The position numbers and the translations under genes were made by a program. The notes under the pieces are model-generated. The model worked only from the letters and a program-made list of their open reading frames with translations. It was not told the DNA's origin and did no database searches. Positions 27,645 through 41,105 of a DNA stretch of 64,000 bases are shown here, one piece after another; within the stretch, counting starts at the first letter, position 1, and every line of letters begins with the position of its first letter. The DNA comes from Octopus vulgaris (lineage: Eukaryota): NCBI GenBank assembly GCA_951406725.2, contig OX597830.1, forward strand, positions 19,840,001 to 19,904,000, in the 5' to 3' direction.

Positions 27645-27809
27645 GCTAGTACGGCGTCACTATGAGCTTCGCCGGAACCGTTTTGACAATCTTGGAAGAT
27701 TAATGTTGCTGTGAGTCAGCCCTGTACTTAAGACATTCAGGTGCAGTTAGATCATACAGGACATCTCCGCTGAGACACCATATAAGATGTGTTGCGGCTG
27801 TGTGTGCCT

Positions 27810-27854
<45 letters not shown>

Positions 27855-27945
27855 ATTTTTTTTATTAGATTTGTAATAATGTGATGCGACATCGTTGAGC
27901 ATACGCCGACCGAAGCATCTATCTATCTATCTGTATGTCTGTCTG

Positions 27946-28026
<81 letters not shown>

Positions 28027-28534
28027 GCATATATTGTTTATTCTATTATTCTTTGGTTTGTTCCATCATTGGACTGAGGTCATGCTGTAGCACCGGCTGA
28101 AAGGGTTTTAGTCGAATAAATCAATCCCAGTTTTGAGTGTTTTTGCTTGTCTGGTACTTTTTATATTAGTCGTCTTTTGCCGAACTGTACTACTAAAGTT
28201 ACTGGGATGTAAACAAACCAACTACAGTTGTCAGGTGGGCATATCTATACATATATAAATGTATATGTGTGTGTATGTGTGCGTATATATATATATATAT
28301 ATATATACACCTATATATATATCTTGAGGTTATGAGTGGTAATGGTGTCATGAAGACCCAAAGCTGTCAGGTAAAGCCGAGTAAGTGCTATAGAATATAT
28401 ATGTATACCATTCTGCCTAAATAATGGAACTGAAGATACAATATCCCTGCATATCTGAGGTCTATTTTCATTCCTCCACTTCACTATCTATTTCATATAT
28501 CTAGAATAACTATTGCTGAACCGTTATCTTACAT

Positions 28535-28584
28535 CGTCTCCGAAGAAGGGATATATAAAATATCCCGGAAACAGCTGTAAGACG
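28535..28584 (+). ncRNA. Minimal type-I hammerhead ribozyme variant (CCGAAGA core)
   Basis: CGTCT-CCGAAGA-A-GGGATAT(ataaa)ATATCCC-G-GAAA-CAGCTG-TA-AGACG: 5-bp stem I, 7-bp stem II, palindromic ACAGCTGT stem III and GUA site, with a U4-to-C change. Confidence 0.75.
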
Positions 28585-28643
28585 TTCTATTTATAAATGT
28601 TCTGAAATCTTTCACAGCCTTGGATTTTTATCTCATTCTGTTA

Positions 28644-28738
<95 letters not shown>

Positions 28739-28756
28739 AAGTGAGTGAGAGACCTA

Positions 28757-30097
28757 TGGGCAAAAGTAGGTATGCAATTCCTTAATATGATTGTAATGTT
28801 CTTCTCATTACTCTTTTTCGTTTTTAGGATAAGAATTCTATGATTTACGGAGATGTACTTGCATAGCAAGTGACTTGAATTCTATGATTCTCTGCTCTTT
28901 AACGTTTTCTGTCAGTCACTCAAGTGCTCACGCCGATGTCATTTCATATGTACGCACTCTTGAAGTTGACTTTCAACGCTTAAGCAAATCTTTGCATATA
29001 GGTCTCTGTTTACAATAATTTCTTGGCAGGCCTCTTTGATGTATACAATCGTGGCATCAACAGTACGTGGCTTTTTAGAAAACACTTTGTCTTTGATAAC
29101 ACCCACAAAAGAGACAGTCTATGGGCGTGAGGTGTTGTGATCTTGATGGCCAATCATCTGAACTTTGTCGGCCAATCCATTTGTCAACTCTTTTTTCAAG
29201 AACTTACGAACCACTAGCGGAATGTTGAGGGATCCCATCTTGTTGGAAATGAAGTCACCATTGTCATGTTGCCGCTTCGATTAAGGAATGACTGTTTCTT
29301 TCAGCAGGTTAAGACAAATATCTTTGTTAACGGTTTTGTCAAAGAACACAGGTTCCATGAACCCCTTGCATGACAGGCTTTCCCAAACTGTAACTTCTGG
29401 TTGATTCAATTGCTGTTCGATTGTGACATGAAGATTCTCTGTTGTATAATATTTGCAGTTGTTCCTAATAATAAAACCCGACAGCTTAAAAAGTGGCTTC
29501 ATTAGACGACACAATGTTTTTGAAGAATCCCAGCACCTTTCCTTCTTTCGTTCAAGACTACTCGGCAGAATTTCAGGCGGCAAGCAGAATCATCCTCTAA
29601 TAAGCTATGCCGATACCGTTTTAAACCTAAGCGATTCATAAGTCGATTAAGAGATCTGCGAAAGATGCTTAGTTAATTTCTGAGGACTTTAAGTGAATGT
29701 TTGGGCCACAAGCATTTCATTGTCTTCAGTGGTGACACTAGCCGGTGGATCATTTTTATGTGCTTTGCAGATTAAACCAGTCTGCTCAGATTTGTCCTGT
29801 ATTCTGTAAACTGTTAATCTTGACGGAACTGGTCTTTGAAATTCTTCAACCCATTTGTGTCTAACCATTTCTGAATTCTCAGTTTTTCAGTACTGTTTGA
29901 TGATCCACTTTCCTTCATCGTTGGGTCAAATTTCCACCTATATTAACAAATATCTGAAATTAGGAACAATTATTTTATTATAGAAAGAATTAGTGAAAAT
30001 AAAATCATAGAATTCTTATCTTAAAAAAGAAATAGAAAAATGAAAAAAAAAATTCAGTCATATTAAGCAACTGTGTACCAACTTTTGCTCACCCCTG
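28757..30097 (-). mobile_element. Decayed near-full-length Tc1/mariner-superfamily DNA transposon
   Basis: Long imperfect TIRs: GGGCAAAAGTAGGTATGCAATTCCTTAATATGATTG versus CAGTCATATTAAGCAACTGTGTACCAACTTTTGCTCACCCCTG followed by TA. Minus-strand transposase relics RKWIIKQY*KTENSEMVRHKW..PSRLTVYRI and FKLSG..NC..VTVW..PVFFDKTVN, with many frameshifts. Confidence 0.85.
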
Positions 30098-32046
30098 TAT
30101 ATATGACGGGCTTCCATACAGTTTCCCGCTACTGAATTCGTAGGTTTCCAAAGAATAAGTCCTAGGGTCGATTTGCTCGACTAAAGGTGGTGCTCCAGCA
30201 TGGCCGCAGTCAAATGACTGAAACAAGTAAAAGAGAATAAAAGAGAGTTTGTTCAATAAACGTTTATCTTGTTCGGACCGCGACCTAAAGTTTGCTTTGA
30301 GTTTTGCTGCCCTCCCCCTCCGCGATTGAGTTTGATACCCCTGATCTACATGGTTACACAACTTGCTAAAAATAGCAACCAAATATCAAGGTGTTACACT
30401 GCCGTCTGAACGCAAGAGCATTTAACAAAAAAATGGAAAATGGAAAAAAGACACAAGGAAAAAGGACGTATTGGGAATGTTATCGCAGATGCCCCCAAAA
30501 GGCGAGATAGTCATGGCCGGTAAGACCGGGTCTTATCCATCATCATTATCATCATCATTGTAGTTCTCGTCGTCATCACCATTGTCGTCGTCGTCGTCGT
30601 CGTCATCATCATCATCATCATCATCATCGTCATCAACATCATCATCATCATCATCATCATCGTATCGTCGCTGTCATCGTTGCCGTTGTCGTCATAGTTG
30701 CCATCATCATCATCGTCATCATTATCGTCGCCGTCATCACTGCCATCGTCATCGTCGTTGTCGTCGTCATCATCATCATCATCAACAACAACAGCGGCAA
30801 AAGCAGCACCTCGTTGTTAATTGTTTTTATTTTGTTTTGTCTATTGTATTGGCGCAAGGAACTCCTTCATATTTTGACAGGATCGGTAGAGCGCCACACT
30901 AAAATCCATAGTGCATTACCATACCTAATTACGCCCCTTTAATTACTGTGCTCAACAACCAATGGGGGACGATTTCCCCCTTCTTCCTTCCGGAGTCGAT
31001 AAAATTTATAAAGAATATATTGCACGAAGTTTATTCAACTGTCTCTATTTTCATTCCTCTTTCTGTTTTCTCTCCTTCTCCTTTCTTCTCCTTTTCCTCC
31101 TTCACCGCTTCCTTCCCCTCATTTTTCTTTCCTTTTCCTCCCCTTCCTCCTCCTCCACCGCTTCATTTTCCTTCTCTTCCTTCCCCTGCTGTTGTAGTTG
31201 TTGGTATTATCCTTCTTCTTCTTTTCCTTCTTCTTCTTCTTCTTCTTCTTCTTCTTCTTCTTCTTCTTCGTCTTCTATTTCTTCTTCTTCTTCTTCTTCT
31301 TCTTCTTCTTCTTCTTCTTCTTCTTCTTCTTCTTCTTCTACTTCTTCTTCTTCTTCCTCCTCCTCTTCCTACTCTTCCTACTCCTTATCATCACTTTTTT
31401 CTCCATCTTCCTTCAACACGTTTCTTCGTTTTCTTCTTCCCTTCCTCCACCTTCTCCCATTACCACTTCTTTCTTCTTCTTCTTCTTCTTCTTCTTCTTC
31501 TTCTTCTTCATCTTCTTCATCTTCTTCTTCTTCCTCCTCTTCCTCTTCATCTCCCATTCTCTCCTTTTATCTCCATCATCTCTTCTCCTCCTCTTCTTCC
31601 CTCTTTCTCTCACCTTTTCCTTCACGTTTCCCCCTCCCTTTCCTCCTTCCCTCCTTTCCACCTTCTCTTCCCTTTTTCTTCATCTTCAAGTCTCTGATCT
31701 TCTGCTTACATCCCCAAATCTATTCATGCTTTAAGTTTTTAGACTCAACAGTTAAAAGCTACTATTACTAGCTTTCAGTACTTACTACCTTATTCTGAAG
31801 GTTGTGAGTTCAAATCGCGCCAAAGTCAAATTTGTTTTTCATCATCTCGGGATCGATAAAATAATGTATCAATCAAGTGCTGGGGTCGATTTAATCGACT
31901 TACATCTCCACGAAAACTTTCAGTCGTTGCACATCTTTTAAGTCACACTCATTATACAGGGGAGAGATGACAGCGGCGAGCTGGCTGAATCGTTAGCGCG
32001 TCGAACAAAATACTTACCAACACACTTCTGGTTTAACGCTGCGTAC

Positions 32047-32089
<43 letters not shown>

Positions 32090-32110
32090 CACACACACAT
32101 ATATATGAAT

Positions 32111-32144
<34 letters not shown>

Positions 32145-32185
32145 AGCATATATACATACGTATATGTACATACTTATATGTATAC

Positions 32186-32240
<55 letters not shown>

Positions 32241-32364
32241 ATAGTCACTGTGATCCGTGTGTAGGAGAGGTGCAGCCAGAGGGTAAGTATCCGTAGAGGT
32301 AAAGTATCTGTAAAGGTAAAAGTCTAGTGGAGAAAAGTTCGTAGCGGTAGAGATGGGATTAATA

Positions 32365-32400
<36 letters not shown>

Positions 32401-32833
32401 TATGTGAGACACAGGACGTCACGAAACGTGTACAACAGAAAATACGAAGTACGATTACATGGAATAAATCCTTAAAATCCTTAAAAATATTTTAACCCGA
32501 AGGCCGCGGCCATTTTTTCGAACAGCGAAAGACACAAATGGAAAACAAGACTAACACACGCACACGCGCGCGCGCACACACACACACACACATATATAAC
32601 GCAGCGAGCTGGAAGAATCGTTAACACACCGGGAATATGCTTAGAAGCATTTCGTCCGTCCTTACGCTCTGAGTTCAAATTCCGCCGAGGTCGACATTGC
32701 CTTTCATCCTTTAGGCGTTAAATAAAAAAAAGTACCAGGTGAGCACTGGGATCGTTGTAATCGACTCACCTCCTCCCCCAAAATATACATACATACATAA
32801 TACATACATACATATATATACATATATGCATAT

Positions 32834-32925
<92 letters not shown>

Positions 32926-32926
<1 letters not shown>

Positions 32927-33260
32927 GGCGCATGGCTCAGTGGTTAGAACGTCGAGCTTACGATTGTGAAGTTGTGAGTTCGAATCCCGGACCGTGCTGC
33001 GTGTTGTGTTCTTGAACAAGACACTTTATTTCACGTTGCTCCAGTTCACTCAGCTGTAGAAATGAGTTGCGACGTCCCAGGTGCCAAGCTGTATCGGCTT
33101 TTGCTTTTCCCTTGGATAACCCTGGTGGCGTGGAGAGGGGAGGCCAGTATGCATGGGCGACTGCTGGTCTTCCATAATCAACCTTGCCCTTGTGCATGGG
33201 AGGGTAACTTTCTAGGTGCAATCCCATGGTCAGTCATCAGTCATGACCGAAGTGGGTCTC
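32926..33260 (+). mobile_element. tRNA-derived CORE-like SINE, family C
   Basis: TGGCTCAGTGG A-box, GAGTTCGAATCC B-box and GTGTTCTTGAACAAGACACTT CORE-like motif. Related heads at about 34322 and 59630. Confidence 0.8.
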
Positions 33261-33264
33261 AGTA

Positions 33265-33320
<56 letters not shown>

Positions 33321-33775
33321 CCGTTCTGTCTGTGTGTGTGTCTTCTAGGATCTCGTCTGTGTGTGTGTCTTCTAGGATATAGAAAAATATTATTCATGTA
33401 GTTATACAATTCAACTACATGAATAATATTTTTGTCTTATGACTAATTCGTCTTTTGTGCTGGGCACCTGGTAGTAAATAATATTACTACCCTTCTTGTT
33501 TATATTCGCATATTACATGATGGATTTATTCGTAAAATTCTTCCCGGCATGCCCTATACTGCCGTGTAAGTTTTGCGTCTGCGCAGAGATTTGAAAAGTT
33601 AAGATCTGCTAGTAGTCGGGTTCAATACATGGTCCCACATCGCTGCAGACCTCAATTAAATTTAGGCGACTCGCTGATGAAGCTAGCCTTAGCAAACATA
33701 TTCTGTGTTTTGCTAGAAAGAAGCAGATTCACTCTCGATAAATTCATCCCCTTTTTGTATATATATATATATATA

Positions 33776-34163
33776 TCTCTCTATATATATAAACGGCAGT
33801 TTGTCTGTGCGTGTTTCTGTGTGTCTGTTTTCTCGTACCCTCACCCTGACCACGGCTTTCAACCGATTCTGATGAAACTTGACACACGCATAGCCCAATG
33901 TCATAATTCAAAACTAACGCAGCGAAAATTTTGAAAAGTTCCCCCAGTTCTGAAAAAAATCGATAAATTCGACATGGGGTCGAGAATAAAAAAAAACAAA
34001 CCACAGACTGTCTAAGGGACGCAACTCAACCTTTTTTTACTCTCAAAAAAAAATTTACCATCATTTCTTTTCCATTTTTTTGCTATTTTTTGGCTATAAC
34101 TCTCTAAAGATGCTTTATAGTTATTTCCCTTACAAACCTGAGCAACGCCGGGCGATACTGCTA

Positions 34164-34164
<1 letters not shown>
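33776..34164 (+). mobile_element. Non-autonomous Helitron
   Basis: 5' A|TC..TATATATATAAA start, subterminal GC-rich hairpin CCTGAGCAACGCCGGG and 3' CTAG|T end. Inserted between A and T inside (TA)n. Confidence 0.85.
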
Positions 34165-34229
<65 letters not shown>

Positions 34230-34571
34230 ATACATACATGTATCTATGTATGTATATAGCGTCTTCATACGTGTTCATTCCATCCCGACAAATTTCCTGT
34301 ACATCAACAACAGGGCTGAGCAAGGGCATGGCCTAGTAGTTAAGAAGTTGGGCTCACGATCATGAAGTCGTGGGCTGGATTCCCGGACTTGGTGGAACAT
34401 TGCCCTCTTTTGAGCAAGGCACATCATTTCACGTTGTGCTAAGTACATCATGTGATGATAGTAGTAGTGGTCTCGTACTGGTTGGTGGCGTTAGTGATGA
34501 TGGGGATAGCTATGATGGCTGTGTTATGGTGGTACAAGTAGTGGTGATAGTGATGGCTTGGTAGTAGAAGT

Positions 34572-34787
34572 AGCTGGCAGAAACGCTAGCACACTGGACG
34601 AAATACTAGCGGTATTTCGTCTGCCGTTACGTTCTGAGTTCAAATTCTGTCGAGGTCGACTTTGCCTTTCATCCTTTCGAGGTCGATAAATTAAGGACCA
34701 GTTACGCACTGGGGTAATCGACTTAATCCGTTTGTCTGTCCTTTTTGTTCCCTCTGTGTTTAGCCCCTTGTGGGTTGTAAAGAAATA
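34572..34787 (+). mobile_element. SINE family B with target-site duplication
   Basis: Direct repeat GGTAGTAGAAGTAG at 34560-34573 and 34788-34801. Confidence 0.88.
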
Positions 34788-35409
34788 GGTAGTAGAAGTA
34801 GTAGCTGTGGTGGTGTTGGTAGTAGTGGTGGCGGTTGTAGTGGTATTGGTGTTGTTGTTGCTGTTGTGGTGTTGGTGGTTGTTATTATGTTCGCAGTAGT
34901 AGCAGTGGTGGTATTGGCGATGGTATTGGTGGTAGTGATAGCGATGGTGTTAGTATCAGTAGCGGTGGTGGCCTTGAGGTGTCGTAGAGGTATTGGTGGT
35001 ATGTAGTGGTGGTGATGGTAGTATATTAAACACTAATACCATGATGGTGGCATTAATGGTATGGTATTAAATGTGTTGCTATTGTTGTTGTTGTTGTTGT
35101 TGGTTGTGATGGTGGTGGGCATATTTAGAGTGGCGTAGCTGGCAAAGTGCCGGACTGTTTAATTTAGTCCGTCTATGTGTGTTGCTAAGTTTCAGACCTG
35201 GCCAGGGTCAACTTTACCATACATTCGACCGAGGTCAACAGAAGACAAAAGATGACCAGGCACATAATGGGTTCGATTCAATCCAACGCATCCTGCCCTT
35301 GCCACCCCACCTCACCCCCGCCATTTGGCCCTCTGCCAATGTGAAGAAAAAAATGTATCATTATATTATCATTGTATGTAATAACGATGTTGTTATTGCT
35401 ACTATTGGC

Positions 35410-36630
35410 GGCGACGATGAGGATGATGGTGATGATGATGATGAGGAGGAGGAGGAGGAGGAAGAGAAGAGGAAGAGGTGGAGGTGGGAATGGTGGTGAT
35501 GGTGACGATGATGATGACGATGATGATGACGATAATGAAGATGATGATAGTGACGGCGACGATGGTGAAGATGGGGAGGTCCATGATGATGATGATGATA
35601 ATGATGATGATTGTGACGATGATGAAGGTGTTTGCGACGATAATGACGATGGTGATGATAATGATGATGATAATGATGATGATGATGATGATGATGATAA
35701 CGATGATGATGATGATAACCATGATGATGATGATGATGATGATGATGATTGTGACGATGATGATGGGGTTGGTGGTGGCGGCGGCGATGATGATGATGAT
35801 GAGGAGGAGGAGGATGGTGGTAGTGGTGGTGGTGGTAATGGTGGTGATGGTGACGATAATGATGATGATGATAATGAAGATAATGATGGTGATGGCGACG
35901 ATGGTGATGATGGTGAGGATCATGATGATGATGATGATGATGATGACGATGATGATTGGGTTGGTGGTGGCGGTGGCGAGGATTATAACAATGGTGATGA
36001 TAGTGGTGTTGTTGTTGTTGTTGTTGGTGGTGGTGGTAGTGTTGGTACTGCTGCTGCTGATGACGATGGCGATGTTGACAGTGCGGCGAGCTGGCAGAAA
36101 CGTTAGCACGCCGGGCGAAATGCTTAGCGGTATTTCGTCTGCGTTACGTTGTGAGTTCAAATTCCGCCGAGGTCGACTTTGCCTTTCATCCTTTCGGGGT
36201 CGATAAATTAAGTACCAGTTACGCACTGGGGTCGATGTAATCGACTTAATACCTATGTCTGTCCTTGTTTGTCCCCTCTGTGTTTAGCCCCTTGTGGGTA
36301 ATAAAAAGAAAAAATAGGTATTAATGACATTGCTGACAACGACGACGACGACAATGATGATGGTGGTGGTGGCGGTGGTGGTGGTGGTGGTGGTAGTAAT
36401 GACAACAACGACGATGATGATGTCGATGATAATGACGAGGACGACGTTCAAGATTTTGCTGCGCCTGCTTTTATTGCAGTTTCTTATCTTAGCTATTGTT
36501 CTTGATGATGATGATGATGACGACGATGACGACGACGAAGGTGATGATAATGATGATGATGATGACGACGACAACGGTGATGATTATGATGACAATGATG
36601 ATAATGATGTTGATGATGACGATGATGATG

Positions 36631-36661
<31 letters not shown>

Positions 36662-37030
36662 CGGTGATAATCATTATAATTATAATGATGATGATGATGG
36701 TGATGATGATGATGATGATGATTATGATGATAATCATTATATTGATGATGATGACGACGACGACGGTAATGATAATGATGATGATGACGATGATGATGAT
36801 GATGGTGATGATGATGATAATCATTATCATGATGATGATGATGATGACGACGACGATGATAATGATGATGATGATGATGACGGTGACGGTGATGATAATG
36901 ATGATGATGACGACGATGATAATGATGAAGATGACGACGACGCCGATGACGATGATAATAATGATGATGATGATAATGATGATAATGATTATGATAATGA
37001 TGACGACGACAACGATGATGATAATGATGA
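35410..37030. repeat. (GAT/GAC/GGT)n compound microsatellite field with a SINE B at 36083-36320
   Basis: Long degenerate GAT repeats that explain the poly-Asp/Met ORFs. Confidence 0.92.
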
Positions 37031-37689
37031 TGGTTGTTTTGATTCTATTAGTGTTGTCATCATTGCCACTCTTGCTTTTGTGACTCTTAATGCTTCCCCC
37101 CCCCCCGGTTTTTGCTCTTGTTTCTATTTTCTTCTTTTAGTTGTTACTACAACGTTATTAATATTCTTTCTGCTGTTGTTCATGTTGTTGTTGTTGTTGC
37201 TGCTGCTCCTATGAAACATTTCTTGTGTTAATATTTTGTTGCTTTGTTTATATTGCTCCTGTTGCTGCTGCTGAGGCTACTGCTGCTACTGATGCTCAAA
37301 CAGCTACTTCCTAAAACTACAATTATTGTTGTTGTTATTTTTGTCGTCGTTGGCTTTTTTGCTGTTCTTACCTTGTTCTTGTTATGTTGTTATTATTGCT
37401 CTCATTTCTGCAGATTTTGATGATATAGTTATTGCTGTTGTTGTTGTTGTGTTGTTGTTATTGTTGTTGTTGTTGTTGTTGTTATTATTATATTTACTGC
37501 TGAACACGACAGACGTATTTTCGAACGCCCGAAGTCTTGTTTAAAAACTTTAGTTTACACCCGTTTGTTGCCGTTTTTTTCGCTTAAAAATTGTTCCAGT
37601 TTGTTTGTAGAAACACTAAGGGCCCTTATGGAGCGCGCGGTAGTTTTGGGGCAGTGGTGTAGTTCACCTCCTATCTCAGTGGCATATCG

Positions 37690-38755
37690 CGCTTCTCGGC
37701 TAGGGATGCGGAGTTCTGCGAAATGCCGATAACAGCCAGAGGTATACGGGACGCAATGAAGGCCTGCGAAGAGAGAAGTCTCCGGACGGGATGATCTGCC
37801 CTTCGAGCTTTATTTTCATATGCCAGACTTGTTTGGTGATTCCTTGGCAGGTGTCTACCTCAACTGGCAGCAAAACGGTGGTGCTGTTGAGGAAGGACCC
37901 GGACAAGAGGAACAAAATTAATAATTTTAGGCCTATAACTATACTGAATGCAGATTATAAGATTTTGGCCATGGTGTTAGCCAAGAGGTTGGCGCTTGTC
38001 GTCGATAAGTTGGTTGGTAACGCGCACACATGTATTTTACCCAAAACAGAACTATCCACGACAACCTCAACCTCACGCGTTACATCATAGAGAGGGTAGA
38101 TAAGGAACTTGGCATGAGAGTGGCCCTGACCAATTTGGATCAGTCGAAAGCTTTTGATTGGGTCGACCACCAATACATGGAGGCTATTCTCGCAGCAGCG
38201 GGTTTCGGTCCCATTTTCAGAGGCTGGATCGCAGCAAAGTAGAACGTCATCTGTTCGGTGGTCAAAGTAAACGCCCATCTATCGGAATCAATTAGCATCG
38301 CTCCTTTGGTTCGTCATGGATGCCCACTCTTGCCTCTTGAGAACGTACTTATTTCTTTATTACCCACAAGGGACTAAACATAGAGGGGACAAACAAGGAC
38401 AGACATAGGTATTAAGTCGATTACATCGACCCCAATGCGTAACTGGTACTTAATTTATCGACCCCGAAAGGATGAAAGGCAAAGTCGACCTCGGCGGAAT
38501 TTGAACTCACAACGTAACGCAGACGAAATACCGCTAAGCATTTCGCCCGGCGTGCTAACGTTTCTGCCAGCTCACCGCCTCTTGAGAACGTACTGGCTCA
38601 CGTGTCATTGCTGCGGAAGCTGGATGTTTCGAGAGGCATCCTGCATGATCAATGATGCGGAAGGTTCGTGTCGGCTTACACGGACGACGTCACCGTAATA
38701 GTGTCGGGCATCTCGGAAATCGAGGTGGTCGGCACTGCTGTAAGGGAGTACGAAT
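37690..38755 (+). mobile_element. Tx1/L1-clade reverse transcriptase relic
   Basis: SPGRDDLPFELY, NFRPITILNADYKILAMVLAKRL, RTIHDN, LDQSKAFDWVDH, VRHGCPLLP and SAYTDDVTV across frameshifts. Confidence 0.92.
38350..38579 (-). mobile_element. Young SINE family B inserted into the Tx1 RT with a perfect TSD
   Basis: TCTTGAGAACGTACT duplicated at 38335-38349 and 38580-38594. Confidence 0.93.
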
Positions 38756-38769
38756 AAATAAATAAATTC

Positions 38770-39283
38770 ATGAATGAATGTTGTTTTCACAGCGATAATG
38801 CTCTTCTCAGTACATGAGTCGTTCCAGTTAACACGATTTTTTGCACTTCCTGTAGGGATGGTAAACCTGGTATCATTTTCAAATAGGTTTCAGTACCTTT
38901 TTTTATCATTCCTAGAGATCCTACAATCACTGGTACTGTAGTCGCCTTGAGATGCCACATTTTTTCAATTTTTATTGGCAAGTCTTTACATTTACTGATC
39001 TGGTCAAATTCTTTCGCCGCTATATTGCGATCGCAAGGAATACTCATGTCAATTAATAAACATATATTTTTTGTCTGATCTGTTATAATAATATACGGTT
39101 TATTAGCTTTTATAGTTTTGTCGGTATGTACGGGGAAGTCCCAGAGAATCGACACATTTTCTCCCTCAGTCACAGCTTCAGGATGGTGTTTATACCATTT
39201 GTCAGCAGTTTCGATTTTATAATGCCGACATATTGTCCAGTGTAAATACTGGCCGACTCCGTCATGTCTTGCTTTATATTCTA

Positions 39284-39285
<2 letters not shown>
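38770..39285 (-). mobile_element. R4/Dong-type non-LTR element, restriction-like endonuclease region (lineage 3)
   Basis: YKARHDGVGQYLHW..WYKHHP..ILWDFPVHTDKTIKANKPYII..LIDMSIP..K..PVIVGSLG..QKIVLTGTTHVLRRAL*. The 5' truncation abuts (TAA)n on the element strand. Confidence 0.92.
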
Positions 39286-39314
<29 letters not shown>

Positions 39315-39706
39315 GAGTGAGAGAGCAGTTCATGCCATCAAAGTGACACTGGGGTAAAATATACGAAGCCCAATATAACCATCATGACTACCCGTCTGAT
39401 AACGGTACAACAGACACTTGCATCACAACCACATGTGCGCGACATGGTGATTTCATATCAAGATAAACTGTGCATGGCCATTTTCTTCAGGTTAAGTAGC
39501 CCATCCCGCTCAAAAGGTCCCTGGATAAGGCCTGTTTAAGGATGTTGATCGAAACACCTAGGTTTCCAGAGGTGAATTATTCAAATCCCAAAGAATTTCT
39601 CTGATCATATGCCTATGATGCTCCCCGACTACTTCTGCTCGTGATTAGAGGATGCACATATCGTTAGCCACCAAGGGACATGTTCAACTGGTTATAAGGT
39701 CAAGCA
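39315..39706 (-). mobile_element. ~556-bp (TAA)n element, 5'-truncated copy
   Basis: Reverse complement of the 3' two-thirds of 20576-21131, with the same 3' end followed by (TAA)n. Confidence 0.88.
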
Positions 39707-39835
39707 TCTGCCGAGGTCGACTTTGCCTTTCATCCTTTCGGAGTCGATAAAATAAGTACCAGTTGAACACTGGGGTCGATGTAATCGACTTAATCCCCTC
39801 CCAAAATGTGAGGCTTTGTGCTTCCAGTAGAAAGA

Positions 39836-39894
<59 letters not shown>

Positions 39895-40216
39895 CATTAT
39901 TATTATTGTTGTTGTTGTTGCTGCTGCTGCTGTTGTTGTTGTTGTTGTTGTTATTGTGGTAGCTGTAATCACAACCATCTTTATATGGAATCATGATTTT
40001 ATTTTTCTCAATTAATCTTCACGGCCATTCTATAACACAGCCATCACCACCAAAAACAACGACAATAACCACAACAACGATAACCACAACAACAGTAATA
40101 GAACCAACATCCCCTTCTACTACTACTACTACAAATTCTAATATAGCGACCACAATAATCACCACGGCTACATTCATAATCAAAAGCATAACGAAACCTC
40201 TAGCTAATCTGATCTA

Positions 40217-40291
<75 letters not shown>

Positions 40292-40311
40292 AATATCTAT
40301 CTATCTATCTA

Positions 40312-40343
<32 letters not shown>

Positions 40344-40371
40344 GCTATTTGTCTGTCAGTCTATCTATCTG

Positions 40372-40430
<59 letters not shown>

Positions 40431-41044
40431 GTCTGTCTGTCTGTCTGCCTATCTATTTGCCCATCTGTCTTTATCTGTCTGTCAGTCTGTCTATCTGTTT
40501 GTCTGTCTCTATCTATCAATCTACCTACCTATCTAACTACCTATCGATCTGTACGTCTGTCTTTCTGTCTGTCTGTCTGTCTCTATCTCTCTATCTATCC
40601 AATCATTTCCCGTCTCCTGTACCCTCTCTACCCCTCTGCCTCTGTCTATCCCTCTGTCCGTCTGTCTGTCTATCTTTCATCACACTCATACGCCTCCTTC
40701 CATCCCACACATACCTGCGTACACCAATCCCTTCGCCCCGACCATACACAATTTCATCCCCCCCCCGCTCCCCTCGTTCTCCCAAATCACACAAACAATA
40801 TCTGTACTGATTATATAAACACTCATTCAGTCAGCCACTTTTTTTTTCCCCGACTGCACCACATTACTACCATCACCATCACCGCAACCACACCCGCCAT
40901 GGCCACCACCACGGCTACCGCCATCCTCACAGAGACTTGAGATCCCTTCAGATAATCTGCCTAATAATTCACATTGATTGTCCCCTCGATTATTACCCTG
41001 ACTTCAACCTCTCTACCTGTTCTGCCTCTCTTAATCACACACAC

Positions 41045-41105
<61 letters not shown>

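Noticed and set aside
27645-27720. Possible exon ending at GCT|GTGAGT
   Set aside because: No polypyrimidine acceptor and no recognisable peptide. The site could equally be an AP-1 motif (TGAGTCA).
32926-33000. tRNA-like heads (also 3878, 6164, 59630, 60199) as tRNA genes
   Set aside because: No complete cloverleaf, and they continue into repeat bodies.
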